Of a DNA stretch of 64,000 bases, positions 36,329 to 49,162 are shown piece by piece. The position numbers and the translations under genes were made by a program. Below the pieces are notes generated by a model that was not told the DNA's origin, ran no database searches, and worked only from the letters and a program-made list of their open reading frames with translations. The DNA lies in the NCBI RefSeq assembly GCF_006345805.1, contig NC_043000.1, positions 93,186,001 through 93,250,000 on the forward strand, given 5' to 3'. Each line of letters opens with the position of its first letter. The stretch's first letter is position 1. The stretch comes from Octopus sinensis. Its lineage: Eukaryota.

Positions 36329-37289
36329 ATAGAGTTTTTTTTTTATTTTTTTAGTTTTTTTTTTGTAAGATCTTAGTGCAGTAGAGTGATGCTTAAAAAA
36401 GACTCATGCCACTGATACAGAAAATGATAAGCATGTTATTATAGATATACATGTTATTATTGGTAAGTTTCTGTTTAAGCAGAAAGCACACACACACACA
36501 CACACACACTACATGCATGCATGTACTGACTGGCAAGTCCCTTTAACATTTGATTGCTGCATAAAATTAATAACCTAATAAGACATTTGAATCACCCTGA
36601 ATAAATACGATGGAATTCCTTTTAATTTGATGTTTACCAAATTCCACTCACAATCTATAATTGAAGTTAAGGTGTGGTAGAAGACACTTGTTGAAGCTGC
36701 CATGTGCTGTGATCGATCTCAGAACCACCTGGTTATGAACTAAACTTCTTATGCATGTTGAGCATTGCATTTGTTGCTGATGACGGATCACGCACACTTT
36801 GAAGAATAATCTAAGTGCAAGAAACAAAACACCACTGCCGAAACGATTATCAGAAAGCATGAAATCTCTGAGGGATATCACTGAAATGAAAATGCTCAAA
36901 AAATAAATAGATAAATAAAAATAAAAATATATTAAAAAAATAAAAAATAAAAATGCCCCCCAAAACAATGAGATTAAAACTGAAAAAAAAATATACCAGT
37001 ATAAAGAAAAATGAGAAGAATGAAAAACGAACAAGCAAAAAATGAAGAAATAAAGAAAGAACAACGTTAAAGTAACAGTATTAAAGAATAATGAGAATTA
37101 TTAGATTCCAAGCAAAAGAAACCAAAACAGCATTTTTTAAGAAAGAAAGAAAGAAAGAAAAACATTTTATTATAAAGTAAAAAACAAAATGTAATTGCTA
37201 TCATTAATCTATTATTATTATTAATACTATCATCCTCATTATTGTTGTTGCTATTACTATTATTATCATTCTTCTTCTTCTTCTTCTTC

Positions 37290-37330
<41 letters not shown>

Positions 37331-37539
37331 TATTACCAGGTTGAAATTGGTAGAGTCTGATAGTTAAATAATTTTTTTTAAAATTCTTTTGTTAAATTTT
37401 CATTAAAGAATAGTTTTACTGACTCAAATATATTAATTTAGAGAAAGTTCAAGAAAATGTTTATTGCTCAGGTGAAAATTCCAGCCAATTCTTTATTCCA
37501 TTTTTCTTTTTATTTTTTCTTCCTTTGTTTTGCTCTTTG

Positions 37540-38060
37540 TGTTTTACATTTAGGTTTTCTTGATATTTCATCTCTTCTGTGACTTTTACTGCCTCTCCTT
37601 ACTAATTTCCTCCTTCTCTCTTGCTCTCTTTCTCTCTATATCTCCCTGTCCCTCTCTTTCTTACTCTTTCTCTCTTTCTTTGTCTCTCATTTTATCTTTT
37701 ATGTTTTACATGTTCTATCCCTTTGTATCTCTTTTTATCATCCTCTCTCTCACTCACTCTTCCTCTTTCCCACTCCCTCTTTCACTCCCACTCCCTCTTT
37801 CACTCCCACTTTTTCTCTCGTTCCCACTTTCTCTCCTACTCCTTCTTTCTGCCTCTCGCTCCCTCTATCTTTCCCACTTTCTTTTTCTCTCTCAACCACT
37901 CTTTCATTCTCATTCCCTCTATCTCTCTCACTCCTCCTTCTATCTCTCCCATTCCCTCTTTCTCACCCAGTCTTTCCTTCCCACTCCTTCTCTCATTCTC
38001 ACTCCCACTTTCACTCTCACTCCCACTTTCTCTTTCACTCTACCTATCTATTTCGCTATC
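37540..38060 (+). repeat. Polypyrimidine low-complexity tract (CT/CTCCCACT-rich)
   Basis: Seen directly; source of the Leu/Ser/Phe ORFs. Confidence 0.85.
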
Positions 38061-38514
38061 TTAATTTTTTTTTTTCCATGCTTCCACACTTTGAAACTTA
38101 ATATGTAAAAAAAAAAAAAAAACAAACCAAACAAACAAAACCATACAGATAAAAAAAAATACACACAACCACATATATTAAAACAACAACAACAACAACA
38201 ACTAATAACTTTACAGACAAAACAAAAGAATCAAACAATAGAACATTCTGTGAATCCTTCTGGTAATTATGAAAGAATGGTTAACTGTTTTGGCATAATA
38301 TCTTTTGAGGTCTGGGTATTTTTGTAAAGGAATTAAAAGAAAACAATAAGCACTCTATGTTTCTGGGCATGGTGACAGAACTAACATTTTCTTACAGGAA
38401 TTTTCATCTAATGTATTTATTCTTATTATTTTGTTGTTAGACTTTTACCTGTTGTTGTTGTTGCTACTGCTGCTGCATTTGTTGTTTTTACCTTGTGATT
38501 GTGTTGTGTTTTTC

Positions 38515-38581
38515 TTTAATATGTGCATGTGTATGTATGTATGTATGTATGTATGTATGTATGTATGTATGTATGTATGTA

Positions 38582-38614
<33 letters not shown>

Positions 38615-38942
38615 ATATGTATATGTATATATATGCATATGTTTATACATATATATATATATATTATATATATATATATTTGTGCATGTGTATATGTGTG
38701 TGTAGTTATATTTATACATACATACACACGCAAATATATTATATATTTTATATATACATGTACATAAATGTATGTGTATATTTCTATATTATATATATAT
38801 ATATAAATATATATATGAATGTATGTATGTATTTATATTATATGCATATATACATACATATATACATGCATATATATATATATATCTACATACATAAATG
38901 TACATATATATATGTATGTATATATATTACATGCATACACAA

Positions 38943-38978
<36 letters not shown>

Positions 38979-39163
38979 TTGTGCATGTGTATATGTGTGT
39001 GTAGTTATATTTATACATACATACACACGCAAATATATTATATATTTTATATATACATGTACATAAATGTATGTGTATATTTCTATTTATATATATATAT
39101 AAATATATATGAATGTATGTATGTATTTATATTATATGCATATATACATACATATATACATGC

Positions 39164-39200
<37 letters not shown>

Positions 39201-39345
39201 ATATGTATGTGAGTGTATATATATATGTATGTATATATATATATGTATGTATATATATTACATGCATACACAAACACACACACATATATATATATATATA
39301 TGTATGTGAGTGTATATATATATGTATGTGTGCGTGTATATAGAT
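38515..39345. repeat. Compound microsatellite block with a 299-bp-period tandem duplication
   Basis: tgtgcatgtgtatatgtgtgtgtagttatatttatacatacatacacacgcaaatat.. at 38681 and 38980. Confidence 0.85.
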
Positions 39346-40589
39346 GCAATTTTTCAAAACAGATTGTTTACTTATTTACATATTTGTTACATATTAGTGC
39401 ATATATTAATATATTATGGGGTGTGGTGGCTAAGATGATAAGGCACCAACTAAATGTTTTTTTTGTTGTTTTTACTTTCTTTTGTATGTTTTATTCGTGA
39501 GTCATGACTCGGTTTATCTCTGCATGTATACGTTGCATCATTCTAGTTTCAAAGTTTCCTTTTTTGTTATTACTGCTTTGTTTTGTTTTGTTTTTGTTAT
39601 TGTTATTTTGCATTGTTTTGTTTTGTTTTTACCTTGTTTCTTTTGTCTTGGACAGAACAATTAACTTTACTTCAACTTCGCAACAATCCAAGCAGATGCC
39701 AAATGCCATTGCTGTTGTTCTCCTTTGCAGTTAACACACAAACACACACACACACACATACACACATGCACAGCTGAGCTGAAAAAGAGATTCTTGTACT
39801 TATTATCTGGGTAAACTGGTTAGTTAGATGTTCAGGCTTGTATTATCCAGGTGACTGATGTTATACCAGTCTATCTACCTCTCTCTATCTTACTGTCTAC
39901 CTGTCTATCTATCCATCTGTCTGACAACTTATCAACCTACCTACATATATACATATATATATATATACATGCACGCACACACACATTCATATTTGCATGT
40001 GTATGCACACACACACACTTGCACATACACACACATATATATATATAAGTAAATGTCAAACACTGACAATGAGTGCTCAACACTGCATTGCTGGATATAA
40101 TTTCTTTATTTGTGAATTAAGGCTACCATTGGTTTCATGTTAAGAAAAATAGGAAAATATCTTTATGTCTTAAAAATTTTTCAAGGCAATCACAGGGAGA
40201 TAGGTGTTTGCCAACATTTTGGAAAACATAGCTTCATATATATATATACATACACACACACACAACTATATATATACGTGCACACATATATATACGTGCA
40301 CACACACACATATGCATATGTAATGGATTCTCCTTTCATCCACAGTGTATGAGGATCCAACAGTCTCACTGTTTCACTGCCCAGTCAAATGATTTGTTTT
40401 CAATAAAGAAGGGTTATGTAGAGCCAGTTATAATATTCAGAAATGCTGATAGTGAAAAGTTGGTGCAAATGTTTGACACAAATTCAATGAATCACATACC
40501 ACAGGCTTTTCCTTTTGGGCTCTCCATCCCATAGGTTAGATGTTTTCCATTGCATGTTAGCATGTAACCCATACTTGTATGTAACCACA

Positions 40590-40790
40590 TGTGAATCGTT
40601 GGCAATTTTCTTCCTCCATCTTCCTTTCTATTGGACTTTCTTCTGTTTCTGAAGAAGAGTATTGCTCGAAACATTAAACCATCTTTCTTTCCTTCCCTGA
40701 GCATCTGCTAATACTTTACATGAACCACATCCTCACGTTGTTTTTTTGTGTTTGTTCATCGTCATGTTAACCACTGTCTGGTACATTATT
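40590..40790 (+). mobile_element. Penelope-type pLTR fragment containing a minimal hammerhead (40645-40679)
   Basis: GTTT-CTGAAGA-A-GAGT-att-GCTC-GAAA-CATT-AAAC; homologous to 29090-29290. Confidence 0.7.
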
Positions 40791-40859
40791 CTTATTGTTA
40801 TCATTATTATTATTATGACTATTATTATATTATTATTATTATTATTATTATGACTATTA

Positions 40860-41070
40860 TTAAGGCAGAGAGCTGGCAGAATTGTTAGCACGCTGGACAA
40901 AATGCTTAGCGGTATTTCACCCATCTATATGTTTTGTGTTCAAATTTTGCCGATGTTGACTTTCAGGATCAATAAATTAAGTACCAGTGAAACACTGGAG
41001 TTGATGTAATCGACTAGTCCCCCCCAAAAAATTTCACATTTTGTGCCTATAGTAGAAAGGATTACTAATA
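40860..41070 (+). mobile_element. SINE family C, tail type 2
   Basis: ggcagagagctggcagaattgttagcacgc..ttgtgcctatagtagaaaggatt. Confidence 0.85.
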
Positions 41071-41258
41071 TTATTATTATTTTGATTATTATTATTATAT
41101 TAAATGAAACGGACTGACATGTAATTTTTGGACCTGTGGAAGGCATGCTAGATGCTGAAATATCGTTCAACCAATTTCACATAATAACTATGGCACTCTT
41201 CTATTTTTTTATTCCTGTATAACCTCTGGAGGCGTTACCTCAGTAACTATTATTATTA

Positions 41259-41303
<45 letters not shown>

Positions 41304-42448
41304 TATTATTATTATTATTATTATTATTTATGTATTTTTTGTTTTATTTAGTGATATAGTGTACAGTGGTTACTGAGCCTACTTCTTTGGATTACAAAGC
41401 AAAAGAAATAAATAACTTTCACAAAACATACAACTTTATTATTACTATACATAACACAACTTAAACCTGACTTAAGTTTTGCTTCTCTGTAGGAATTATT
41501 AGATTTAAAAACAAATTATAATCAGATTATATCAAGGTACCACATGAACAGAATTCTTGTTAAGAAAAACTTGCTCATTTTGTTTTTTGTGCAAGGCTCC
41601 CATGTCACATTCATGGCCTCCTGATAAGGGATATTTAGCTGTTATTTCTACCAAGTCAAGCAGACACTGTGATGTTTCCTCCAGCTTGTGTTCTATTAAT
41701 GCAATCAATGTTAGAGTTCTTGTACGGATTTTAAGGTGTTGCTCCAGCATGACTACAGCACAATAACTGAATCTAGTTGAAAAATGAAAGGAAAAATTAT
41801 AATCCAAACACCTAAATATAATAGTCAAGAATAAATTGAATTTAGAGAAAGGGTTATGTGTTGATATCATAAACAGTAGTACTATGAGTTTCATGATAAT
41901 GTGATAAAAGGTGTACATGGAGATAATACGGAATGTACAAATGGTGAACCCCAAATGGAAAGAAAAAAATATGTGAAAAATAAAGATATATATTTAAAAT
42001 CAATGTCAGTGAAAGAAATTTGATATACATACATACATGCATGTATGCATACATCTATACATACATGTGTATGTGAGTGTGTGTGTGTATGTATGTGTGT
42101 GTGTGTACATACACGCTTGTTTATATATTCGAATGTGTATAACAATATACATACATACAAATGTGCTTGTAAATATCTATATATTTATATGTATACATGC
42201 ACATAAACTCATATCTGAATATTTCGATATATATATATAAAATATATATACATGTAAGTGTATGTGTGTGTGTGTCTGTGTGTTAATTTATACATGGATG
42301 TGTGTATGTTGATATATATGTATATCAATTTATCTAATATGTATGTATGCATGTATGTATGTGTGTATCTATGTATGTATGTATGTATGTATCTATCTAT
42401 CTATCTACCTATCTATCTATCTATCTATCTATCTACCTATCTATCTAG

Positions 42449-42489
<41 letters not shown>

Positions 42490-42789
42490 TACATGCATAT
42501 ACACATATATAATTTGTTTTACAGATTTAAGAAACATAACTTCAAATAAAAAAATAATAACCAACAATCAAATAGGAAGAAATTAAAAAGAAAGAAAGAA
42601 GCTAAAGGATAAAAATTAAATAAACAAAAGCGAAGCATAAAAGCAAATACCTCCAGAACAACAACTGTGATTCGTATTATAATTCCTTTATATTTCCTTC
42701 ACTGAATTCCACATCAATAAATTTTACCTTCTTCTCATGTTTTAACTGGCACTCCAGCAGTTATGATGACAATGGTTTCATTTGATCCA

Positions 42790-43075
42790 ATCAATGGAAT
42801 GGCATGCTCATGGAATTAATGTGCAAATGGCTGAGCACTCCACAGACATGCGTAACCTTAATATAGTTCTCAGAGAGATTCAGTATGATATAGAATATGA
42901 CAAGGTTGCCCCTTTGAAATACAGGCACAACTTATTTTTGCCAACTCATTTTTACCATCATTTTTGTCAGATTGGAGCAAATTGAAATAAATTGTCTTGC
43001 TCAAGGACGCAACCTGCTACCAGGAATTGAACTCATGATTTTGCGACAATGAGCATTAAGCCATGCACCTTCACT
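42790..43075 (-). mobile_element. SINE D-type variant
   Basis: Homologous to rc 26160-26293; ttgtcttgctcaaggacgcaa..ggaattgaactc. Confidence 0.7.
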
Positions 43076-43129
43076 CTTCTCATTTTAGTCTTCTGCTTCA
43101 ATTCCGCTTGTGCTCTATTTTTTTATTCC

Positions 43130-44075
43130 TTTACTCTTTTATTCTTTTATTCTTTTACTTGTTTCAGTCATTTGACTGCAGCCATGCTGTAGCACCACCT
43201 TTAGTTGAGCAAATCGACCCCAGGACTTATTCTTTGTAAGCCTAGTACTTATTCTATCAGTCTCTTTAGCCGAGCCACTAAGTTAAGGGACGTAAACACA
43301 CCGGCATCGGTTGTCATGCGATGTTGTGGGGACAAACACAGACACATAAACATATACACACATACAGCTATGGTACGACCACACTTGGAATTCGCATCAT
43401 CAGTTTGGAACCCCTATCTTGCACAGAACATTGACCTCCTGGAATCTGTCCAGAGACGTGCAACCAAACGCATACCCTCCATCAGACACCTACCATATTC
43501 TGAGCGCCTTGTTTCCCTGGGCATGGATTCACTGAAGCTCCGGCGTTTGGCGACGGACTTGGTAAACACCCACAAAGTTATCAACCACCTCACCAACAAC
43601 AACACTGAACACCTTTTTGATCTCCATGTGTCTAACACACGTGGACATGCCTACAAAGTCAGAAGAAAAAGCACAGCTCCCATGACTTTCGGAAACATTT
43701 TTTCACGCTCAGAGTTGCTGAAGCATGGAATAAACTGCCTGCGTCAGTTGTTGACTGCCATGACTCTGCATCTTTTAAGGCCCTCATGCTTTCCGAAATC
43801 CGCCGAAACTACACCTGATTATATATACATTTAGATGAGTTGTAGTGCACCTGAGCACTGTACACAATTATTATTATTATTATTATTATTTTATATATAT
43901 ATACATATATATGATGGGCTCCTTTCAGTTTCTGTCTACCAAATCCACTCACAAGGCTTTGGTCGGCCTGAGGCTATAGTAGAAGACACTTGCCCAAGGT
44001 GCCATGCACTGAGACTGAACCCAGAACCATGTGGTTGGTAAGCAAGCTACTTACCACACAGCCACTCCTACACCT
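43130..44075 (-). mobile_element. SINE family A split in its internal microsatellite by a CR1 insertion
   Basis: 3' half 43130-43366, 5' half 43900-44075. Confidence 0.85.
43367..43890 (+). pseudogene. CR1-type LINE, 5'-truncated 3' end, well preserved
   Basis: AMVRPHLEFASSVWNPYLAQNIDLLESVQRRATKRIPSIRHLPYSERLVSLGMDSLKLRRLATDL..NTRGHAYKVRRK; after one frameshift HDFRKHFFTLRVAEAWNKLPASVV..SASFKALM; 3' hairpin agtgc-acctga-gcact; (ATT)n tail. Confidence 0.93.
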
Positions 44076-44254
44076 ATCCATATCTTTCATTAATCCTTTT
44101 GATACCAACTTGTTTATGATTGCCCTCAGTCTGAAGATATAAGCTTTTTGTTTAAAGTGACTTAAAATCAAAATCTTCCATCAAAATATTATATCAGCTT
44201 AATAATGCCAAAATTATTTCACTATTTTATTAAGGCACATTGCTCAGTAGTTAG

Positions 44255-44562
44255 AGAATTGAACTAGCAATCATGAGGTAGTGAGTTCAATTCCCAGACC
44301 AGGTTGTGTGTTGTGTTCTTGAACAAAACACTTTATTTCATGTTGTTCCACTTCACTCAGCTGTAGAAATGAGTTTTGACAGATTAGTGTCACTATATAT
44401 CAACCTTTTCCTTTCTCTTGGATAACTATGATGACATGAAGAGGGGCGCTGGTATGCATGGGCAACTGCTGGTCTTTCATAAACAAATTTGCATGGACTT
44501 GTGCTTCAAAGGGGAACTTTCTAGGTGCAATCCCATTATCATTCATGACTGAAAGAGATCTT
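44255..44562 (+). mobile_element. SINE family D, full length
   Basis: gcacattgctcagtagttagag..ttgtgttcttgaacaaaacac..ctaggtgcaatccc; homologous to 59990-60305. Confidence 0.85.
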
Positions 44563-44593
44563 TACCCTATTTTATTAAATTCATTATGTATAC

Positions 44594-44604
<11 letters not shown>

Positions 44605-44630
<26 letters not shown>

Positions 44631-44955
44631 TGTTTAACGTCCACTTTCGATGCTGGCATGGGTTGGACGGTTTGACTGAGGACTGGCAAGCCAGATGGCT
44701 GCACCAGGCTCCAATCTGATCTGGCAGAGTTTCTACATCGGGATACTCTTCTAACGACAACCACTCCGAGAGTGTAGTGGGTGCTTTTATGTGCCACCGG
44801 CACACGAGCCAGTCAGGCAGTACTGGCAACGGCCATGCTCGAAAATGGTGTTTTTTATGTGCCACCGGTACAGGAGCCAGTCCAGCGGTACTGGTAATAA
44901 CCTTGCTCGAATGTTATTTTTCACGTGCCACTGGCACAAGTGCCAGTAAGCAATG
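44605..44955 (-). mobile_element. Repeat family E
   Basis: (CAT)n-tgtttaacgtccactttcgatgctggcatggg..; three ~65-bp modules at 44785-44950. Confidence 0.85.
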
Positions 44956-45168
44956 TTCTTTATATTAATTAAACTGGTATTCTCATCTTGATTGTTGTTT
45001 TCACTACATTTTGGCTGTTGTATGCTCCAGCCTCCCTCAGGTGTCTTTTGTGTTGAATTCAGTTGTTGTATCAGAATTTCAAGCCTAACCCTTTATTTGA
45101 TTTACAGTGGGTACACCGATCTCATTCCACTTTCCATTTTTCTTAACATGTTTGTTTCATTTGAATTA

Positions 45169-45329
45169 CCATATTTTAATGTGTATAAGGAACCCCCTAA
45201 TTCTGGGGTTTAAAATTTAGAAAAATGGTTTTGTAAGGGCTTCTAATACTATCCATGTATAAGAAACTCCCATATTTTTTTAACCTAATTTTTGACAAAA
45301 AATGGTTCTTTATACACGTTAAAATATGA
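45169..45329. mobile_element. 161-bp pogo/Tc1-type MITE
   Basis: 26-bp TIRs ccatattttaatgtgtataaggaacc / ggttctttatacacgttaaaatatga (23/26); TA on the left, TG on the right. Confidence 0.8.
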
Positions 45330-45337
45330 TGTGTGAA

Positions 45338-45381
45338 TTACCTGAAGAAGGCTAGAGCAAACAACTGCTGAAATGTTGTGA
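45338..45381 (+). ncRNA. Minimal hammerhead ribozyme relic
   Basis: TTAC-CTGAAGA-A-GGCtag..ctGCT-GAAA-TGTT-GTGA; consistent with CpG decay of GCCGAAACGTT. Confidence 0.55.
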
Positions 45382-46280
45382 AAGAAACAAGCATGATGAG
45401 GACACCATTCCAACTAATGTAATAAATTCCTCATCCCAGGAAGATAGATATGTATTAAATTCTTAGTATTATTAAATTCTTCATTATTTTCAAAATTAAT
45501 TGAAACAAAGACAATGCATATCAATATAAATTTGCAAATGAAAGTATTAATTCCACAACCCACAACCTTTTCTTGGTGTTGCTGTTGTTGTTGTTTTGCA
45601 CAAGATTCGCTAATCCAAGATTGTGTGCTGTGTGTGTAAGAGAGAGAGAAAAGAAGGTAAAACCTCTGCATGAATATAACCACTTGCTGGTTTCAAATTT
45701 TAGCTCAAGGCTACCAATTTCGAGGAAGGGGCTAAGTCAGTTGCATCGACTCCAATATGCCGTTGAGCATTTTACCCACTGTGCAAACTATTCTGCCAGT
45801 TTGTTGCCTTTACCATAAACTCATATCACTGACATAGAGCACTCACTTATATTCCAGAATGGAATACCAACATTGACCAGGTTGTCAGTATGCATGATAA
45901 AAAAATTGTTGTGGTTTAACATCATTGAAATGGTAAGAGTAAAGGAATGATTAGAGTCGTTTGAGCATCAGACAAAAGAAAATGCCTTGTGGTGATTAGT
46001 TTCGGTATCAGATCCCATTGATTTCAACTCAGTGTCATCTTTCTGGGTTTGATAATGATTCTGGGTTAATAATGAATTCAAATTTTGGCACAAGGCCCAT
46101 AATTTCAGGGGTTGGAGTAAGTCAATTACATCAACCCCAGTACTCAAGCGATACTTATTTTATTGATCCTGGAAGAATGAGAGGAAAAGTTGAACACATC
46201 AGAATTTGAACTCAGAACATGGCATTTTGCCTGATTGCCAATGATTCTGCATGCTTACTACATTAATAATAATAATAATA

Positions 46281-46325
<45 letters not shown>

Positions 46326-46364
46326 TGATGATGATGATGATGATGATAATAATGATAATAATAA

Positions 46365-46635
46365 TAGAAAGTGGAAATGGCAAGACTGTTAGGAATGTGA
46401 GAGGGTAACGTAGAAGTGATACCAGGGGTAAGCAGAGCGTTAGACTCAATCCTATTGAAACTTCAAGACTTCTTAAGGCAAGATTAATGTCTAGCAAAAA
46501 GTAGCCTTATTGGACACAGCGCGCATCTTAATGAAAATATTATCCGTCCAAAGTCCTTGCTATGACTTGACAGATGATTAAAGGCTCCGGTGCATTTTTA
46601 CCTGCATCGTGTTAGGAAGGAATGATAATAATATT
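46365..46635 (+). pseudogene. RLE-endonuclease LINE (R4/NeSL-like) 3' end
   Basis: KVEMARLLGM*EGNVEVIPGVSRALDSI.. / QKVALLDTARILMKILSV; (TAA)-rich end. Confidence 0.7.
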
Positions 46636-47059
46636 TTCTACTATATGCACAATGTCTGAAATTTTGGGAGAAGCTGAAGTTGATTACATCAACCGCAGTA
46701 TTAAACTGAAAATTGTTTCATCGACCCCAAAAGAATAAATGGTAAAGTCGACCTCAGTGGAATTTGAACATAGAATATATAAAGACAGTTGAAATACTAC
46801 TAATCATTTTGTCTGGCATAGTAACTATTCTACCAGCTCAGCATCAGACATCAAAATGTGCGTATGTATCTAAACAAAATGAAATATATACCACATGTGT
46901 TTATAGTATTTACTTACAATCAGATGGTGCTGAGGTAAGGGAGTCACTTGCATTAAACTAGTATCCTGAAGTAAATCATTCTGGTTTGTTATTGCATATG
47001 TCTGTACATAAAAGATAGAGAGTACATTGAATCATAGCAAAGGATAGGTTTAAAAAGTA

Positions 47060-47450
47060 CTAGCAGTATCGCCCGGCATTGCTCGGGTTTGTTTCGACCC
47101 TTTAGAATTGGAATTTTTGAAAAGTAAAAATTTTGCATTATGTAGCTTGTTATTCTCTTTAAGTGAACATTTTTCTGGTTGAAATACACCGAAAAATGGC
47201 GACACAGCAGTCACAAAATCGTAAAAAGTAGGGATTTTCATAGAAAAAAACATCTTTTTGATGTAAATAATTTTTGGTGTTAATATGGTCCGATTTGAAT
47301 TTTTTCTTCTATGGAAGGAAGAGCAAGCCTTTTTCTATCATACTCTCAATTTTGGTCAACTTGTATTGCAGGGTCTTGGAGGAGATAGTGTTAGTTGAAG
47401 GCTACCAAACCTGCCACACACAGATAACTTCAGCTTTATATATAGAGAGA
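47060..47450 (-). mobile_element. Non-autonomous Helitron (391 bp)
   Basis: Minus strand A/TCtctctatatataaagctgaag ... cccgagcaatgccgggcgatactg-CTAG/T. Confidence 0.85.
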
Positions 47451-48066
47451 TTAGTGAAACAAGAAGGGGAAATGGTTAAAAAAAGTTCGAGAAGCATTGA
47501 TCATGAGCCTTCATAGAAGCTTTCTCATATAAAATGAAATATGGTGTGAAAAAGTGTAAAAACAGGAAAGAGAATGTATGGAGGAGACAGAATGAGACAG
47601 AGAAAATGATTAAATATGGCCGATTTCTCTTTCCTCCTTGTGAGAAAACATACTCAGTATTTGAAGTTTATTCAAAAATTGAAGTGGAAGAAGAAATTTT
47701 GAGAGAACATATTTTTGTAAAGATTTTGTTATTTTTTTTAATATATCACGTTTATGATTTAGTGATTTGTTGTTCTTTTATTTGTTTTCTTTGAATTTTT
47801 TGAAAAATTTGTTTATTTGCTTTCTTTTATTTTTATTTTTGTTTTTGTTTTGTGGGTTTGTGTGTTTTTGGAGGTGTTTGGCGTCATCCATGTTGCTGTA
47901 ATCTTCCATGGTTAGGATTGAGTTTGTATCTATGTATGTTGTGTGTATATGTGTGTAAGAGAGAGAGAGAGAGATTTTTTGTGAGAGAGAGTATTTTGCG
48001 TACGTGTAAGATACAGAAAGACTATAAGTTAGCACAAATACAGATATGTGTGTATAGGTATATATG

Positions 48067-48121
<55 letters not shown>

Positions 48122-48642
48122 CGTGTGTGTATGTGTGTGTGAATCTGTGTGTGTTTGCATCTACATATATATATGTACATATACATATGTGTGTGTGTGT
48201 GTGTATGTGTGTATATATATATATATATGTATATATATGCATACATACACTTATGTGGATATGTGTATAGACATAAGTATGTATACACACACACACACAT
48301 ACACACACACACACACACACAACATATATGTATGTGAGTGTATGTATGTATATATAAGTATGTCAGTGGGTGTATATAGAGAGATTCATAGATAAACAGG
48401 AAGATGGATATGCACATACATGCACAAATGCATGTATCTCTCTCTCTCTCCTTCTTTCTCTCTCTCTCTCTCTTTCACTCTCACATTTTCTTTCCTCTCT
48501 TTGTCTTAATCTTTTTCTCCTGTCCTACGCATACTCATGCACACGCACAAATGTATATCAGCATTTACATATACATATAATTATATATATATATGGAAAG
48601 ACCAAGAGAGACTGACAGAAAAACAGACAAGCAGACCGAACG

Positions 48643-48673
<31 letters not shown>

Positions 48674-48817
48674 AAATATATTCAAGGGAGGAAATGAGAG
48701 ACTCAGAGATATACAGACAGAGAGCAGAGAGTAAAGAGAGAAAGAGACAGATGTGAATATCTTGTATGCAATATCTAGGGATAACTGGAAGTTAACTATT
48801 ACATTATCTATTCTCAC

Positions 48818-48857
48818 CTGCCTTGTATTATGCTCAGGGGAGATGCTGTTCGGCAAA
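48818..48857 (-). CDS. Candidate 40-nt exon (CRTASPLSIIQG or LPNSISPEHNTRQ)
   Basis: Donor CAG/GTGAGA; acceptor aattcaattaacag; small unique island amid microsatellites. Confidence 0.25.
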
Positions 48858-48973
48858 CTGTTAATTGAATTTACACGGTATATAATTCAATTCCACTCAC
48901 ATTTACCAACACTGTATGTGTGCATGAAGGTGTGTGTATATATAATTATATATATATATATATATATCTAATA

Positions 48974-49012
<39 letters not shown>

Positions 49013-49130
49013 CATGTGTTTGTGTATATAGATAACTATATAAGTACATATATATAAATATAAATATAAATATATATCTGTAAATACACATAAATGCATG
49101 CATACATGCATATGTATATGTATGCATGTG

Positions 49131-49162
<32 letters not shown>

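Noticed and set aside
36776-36858. CTGATGA ... CCGAAACGAT spaced motif
   Set aside because: Stem II is only 2 bp around a 50-nt unstructured insert, there is no valid stem I, and CTGAT pairs with downstream ATCAG instead.
40346-40534. Strong plus-strand acceptor followed by a 62-codon ORF
   Set aside because: No homology, no linked exon, unremarkable composition; not supportable without RNA data.
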